Source: Podarcis melisellensis
Taxonomy: Eukaryota
DNA length: 64,000 bases
Reading direction: 5' to 3' (one strand)
Assembly: GCA_964234715.1 (NCBI GenBank)
Contig: OZ174287.1
Under the pieces are notes generated by a model that made no database searches, was not told where the DNA came from, and saw only the letters and a program-made list of their open reading frames with translations. Each line of letters opens with the position of its first letter. Positions within the stretch are counted from its first letter, which is position 1. This document shows, piece by piece, positions 61,412 through 64,000 of the stretch. Both the position numbers and the translations under genes were made by a program.

Positions 61412-63427
61412 TCAATAAGTGTCCTGATCATCGGGAGGCGGTTGGTTTGGGGGGTGCAAGGGAGGAGCGGTAGCGTTCACCCAAGGGTGGGCAGACTGGT
61501 CTATGGTTGGCATTTGGGTTCGGGGTCCCGATTGGGGTCGAGTTTGAGGTATCGGGTTCGAGGGCGTTGGTGGAGCATAAGCCGCTGGTTGGTGGTTGGT
61601 GTAGCCTGGGGTTACGTTGGGTTGCGGGGGGAAAGGTGGTTGGCTGGTTCTAGCAGGGAAGGACTTGGGTTCTTGCCCCCCGTAGGGTGGCGCATTTAGG
61701 TAAGGGCAGAATCTTTTTATGTGTCCTTCTTCCTGGCAGTAGTAGCACCCTCCAGTCCCCGGTCCCCATTGCCTATAGGGGTTTGGGGGTCCTCCTCCCC
61801 GGACCCCCTTTCCTCGGTTGAGACCTCTACCTCGGTTAGGGCCATAAGTGGTTTCCATACTTAGGGCCAAGATCTGTTCGACTTCGGATTTTGTCTCCTT
61901 TTTCTTTCTCTCATCTCGAGAGTTGTAGATGGATTTCGCAATGGACAAGATTTCATTTACACTCTTTCCATCATATCCAATTTGAAGATTCAGGGCTTTC
62001 CTAATGTCTTGGCAGGCCTGATCCTTGAAGAAACCTTTAACGATCACTTCATGTTGCGGATTCTCGGGGTCGATTCCTCCCCATGTTTTGATGGCGGAGA
62101 CTAATCTAGTATAATAATCAGAAGGGTGTTCGTTTGGCCCCTGCATTACCGTTTGGACTTTGGTCCAATTAACGGTGCGTTGTCCGGCTGCCTTTACGCC
62201 ATCCAGAATGGCTTTCTTAAATAGTTTCAAGCACCAGATCCCATTGGTCGTGTTATAATCCCATGTAGGTTCTACTCGAAGGGATTGTGCGGTGAGCGCC
62301 TGCAATCCTTGGGGCCGTCCCCTCTGGTAGTCGGGTGATTCTATAGCTTCCCCGGCTTTAGCCAGAATGTCCGCCTTCTCTGCCTCGTTGAAGAGGGCAT
62401 TCAGAAGGACGTGGACGTCCGCCCAGGTAGGATTGTGGGTGGAAAAGATTGCGCTGATCTGGCGGTGACATTTGTCCGGATCGTCCCTCAGGGAGGGCAT
62501 CTGGTTGGACCAAGTTACGAGGTCCGAAGTATAAAAGGGATGATGCGTATACACCATTCGTGGGGGTCCATCAGGTGAGAGAGGTGGGATCGGCAAAGCC
62601 CTTAGGGGCATCTGGATCGCTGTAGAGCTCACAGTAGAGCTCACTTGGTCAGAAGGTCCTGGGATCTCTTTGTCATGGTTCAGGGGCTCTGCTGTAAGCT
62701 CACAAGGCTCGGAGGGGAGATCCCAATTTCTGTTCGGGACAGGATCCTCAAGGGTGTTGTGGAGCGTTGAGGAAGGGGTTTTAGCTTTGGCCTGCCCGGG
62801 GTCTTTGGTTTTAGTCTGTCCAGAGTCCTTAGTTTTAGCCTGCCCAAGGTCTTTCTGGTCCTTTTTGGCTTGCAGCCTTGTGACTCTTCTGCTGCCTTGA
62901 GCCCCTTCCTCCCCCCCCTCTTCATCGCTACTCGAACCACTGTCAGACGACGGTGGTGGCGGTGGTCCTTGGTAGTAAAAGGGGACCAGGGCCTGCTGTA
63001 TATCCTCGTCTTCATAAGGGGGGGGCATTTGCTGTCGACCGGGATTCAATATAGGTAGCTGGTAAGAAGTTGTTCCCCTTGGGGCTTGGAGCACTCTCCT
63101 TACGGCCTCAAAGGTAGCCAGGTATTCCAACTGGCGGGGTTTTTCTTCTATTAAGTATTTCTTTAAGTAGTTCAAGCGCTCTTCATTAAACGAACCCCCT
63201 GCCGGCCAGCGTAGTTCGGGCTTGGCCGAGGCGGTACTGGCGGGCCAGATTTCAGAGCAGAGGTCCTCTAACTTTTCTTTGGATAATAGCTTGTGGCCAG
63301 GGATCGACTTCCAGTGCGTGATGACAAATTGGAGAGGAGAGTCGGGATCCTTCTGAGATCGGGATGGCTTTCTAGAAGCCTTCCTCCCAGAGTGAGCCCG
63401 CTCGTGTTTGGAAGCCTGGGTACCCAT
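61412..63427 (-). CDS. gag: ERV Gag polyprotein (671 aa)
   Basis: ATG in ACTATGG; MGTQAS myristoylation pattern (MGxxxS); PPPY late domain; MHR-like QGPNEHPSDYYTRL; one CX2CX4HX4C knuckle (CYYCQEEGHIKRFC); TGA stop. Confidence 0.95.
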   Translation of the reverse strand: MGTQASKHERAHSGRKASRKPSRSQKDPDSPLQFVITHWKSIPGHKLLSKEKLEDLCSEIWPASTASAKPELRWPAGGSFNEERLNYLKKYLIEEKPRQLEYLATFEAVRRVLQAPRGTTSYQLPILNPGRQQMPPPYEDEDIQQALVPFYYQGPPPPPSSDSGSSSDEEGGEEGAQGSRRVTRLQAKKDQKDLGQAKTKDSGQTKTKDPGQAKAKTPSSTLHNTLEDPVPNRNWDLPSEPCELTAEPLNHDKEIPGPSDQVSSTVSSTAIQMPLRALPIPPLSPDGPPRMVYTHHPFYTSDLVTWSNQMPSLRDDPDKCHRQISAIFSTHNPTWADVHVLLNALFNEAEKADILAKAGEAIESPDYQRGRPQGLQALTAQSLRVEPTWDYNTTNGIWCLKLFKKAILDGVKAAGQRTVNWTKVQTVMQGPNEHPSDYYTRLVSAIKTWGGIDPENPQHEVIVKGFFKDQACQDIRKALNLQIGYDGKSVNEILSIAKSIYNSRDERKKKETKSEVEQILALSMETTYGPNRGRGLNRGKGVRGGGPPNPYRQWGPGTGGCYYCQEEGHIKRFCPYLNAPPYGGQEPKSFPARTSQPPFPPQPNVTPGYTNHQPAAYAPPTPSNPIPQTRPQSGPRTQMPTIDQSAHPWVNATAPPLHPPNQPPPDDQDTY

Positions 63428-64000
63428 AGTATATTTCACGCGTGTCTAGACAGGAAAGAGGAGAGAGGGGTCGGTAAAGTTTGGTGGGCCTAGGGTGTTA
63501 CTCAATAAAGGGCTTGTAGTAACAGAGGGGTCTTCAGTCGCTTGGCAACTTCCTTAGAGAGTTTTTAAAGAGCTCTAGCTATCCGGTATTATTTCCTTTC
63601 CTATTTCCTTAACCAATAATCTGGGGTCCCTTTCCACTCTGCCAATCCTGCCCAATTCCTCATGGGCTATTCCCCCCCTGGCAACCTCCTACCTATCGAT
63701 TACTCTCAGGAAAAGGGGCCCTACTGAACGCCCGCGCCGTGCGGTGCCAGATCGGGTAGTCCCTGGATAGAACTTCGGGTCGAAAATCCCCCTTGCTTTC
63801 GGAAGCGGGCTTACAATACACGGGGTACGTAGCCCGACCGGTGCGGCTGGGATTGGGATAGAAAGCAAGACCACTTCCTGCCCCCTAGGAAGGACGCTCG
63901 GGAAGATCGGAAAAAGAGCTCCAACCCCTTGCTTTCAACTGGGATGCCCGTTGCGGAGAGTCGGCTATCTTTCAAGTCGGGTCACTCCGTCTTACCCTTC

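Larger units (their letters stand above)
53895..64000 (-). mobile_element. Class I (gamma/epsilon-like) endogenous retrovirus, apparently intact, truncated by window end (5' LTR/PBS not in window)
   Basis: Leader-gag-pro/pol-env-PPT-LTR order on - strand; all three ORFs open; abundant CpG compared with flanks. Confidence 0.96.

Noticed and set aside
63428-64000. 5' LTR/PBS or a glyco-Gag upstream extension
   Set aside because: No similarity to 53895-55034, so this is still leader. The gag frame is closed a few codons upstream of the ATG.

Overview
Vertebrate genomic DNA. The repeat content (tRNA/5S SINEs, L2 and CR1 LINEs, hAT and mariner MITEs) points to a squamate lizard, possibly a lacertid; this is inference. 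Three things occupy the window. (1) A complete TAOK2 gene on +: CpG-island promoter ~2.3-3.9 kb, non-coding exon 1, and 19 coding exons from 13886 with consistent GT-AG sites and phases. It has two alternative C-termini: an alpha-type read-through exon ending 28475 (1349 aa, TM helices, SxIP motifs) and a beta-type spliced end at 37917 (1018 aa). (2) A candidate multi-exon gene I do not recognise on +, 46351-53452, ~257 aa in one splice model. (3) An apparently intact class I (gamma/epsilon-like) endogenous retrovirus on -, from 53895 to beyond the window end, with open gag, pol and env and a ~1140-bp 3' LTR. Its oddities are a gag-pol junction reading UGA-CAA-UUA (tobamovirus-type readthrough context), a ~340-bp higher-order array of ~26 short monomers ending in YAG between pol and env, a 13-aa x4 repeat on the integrase tail, and an internal-type Env fusion peptide.
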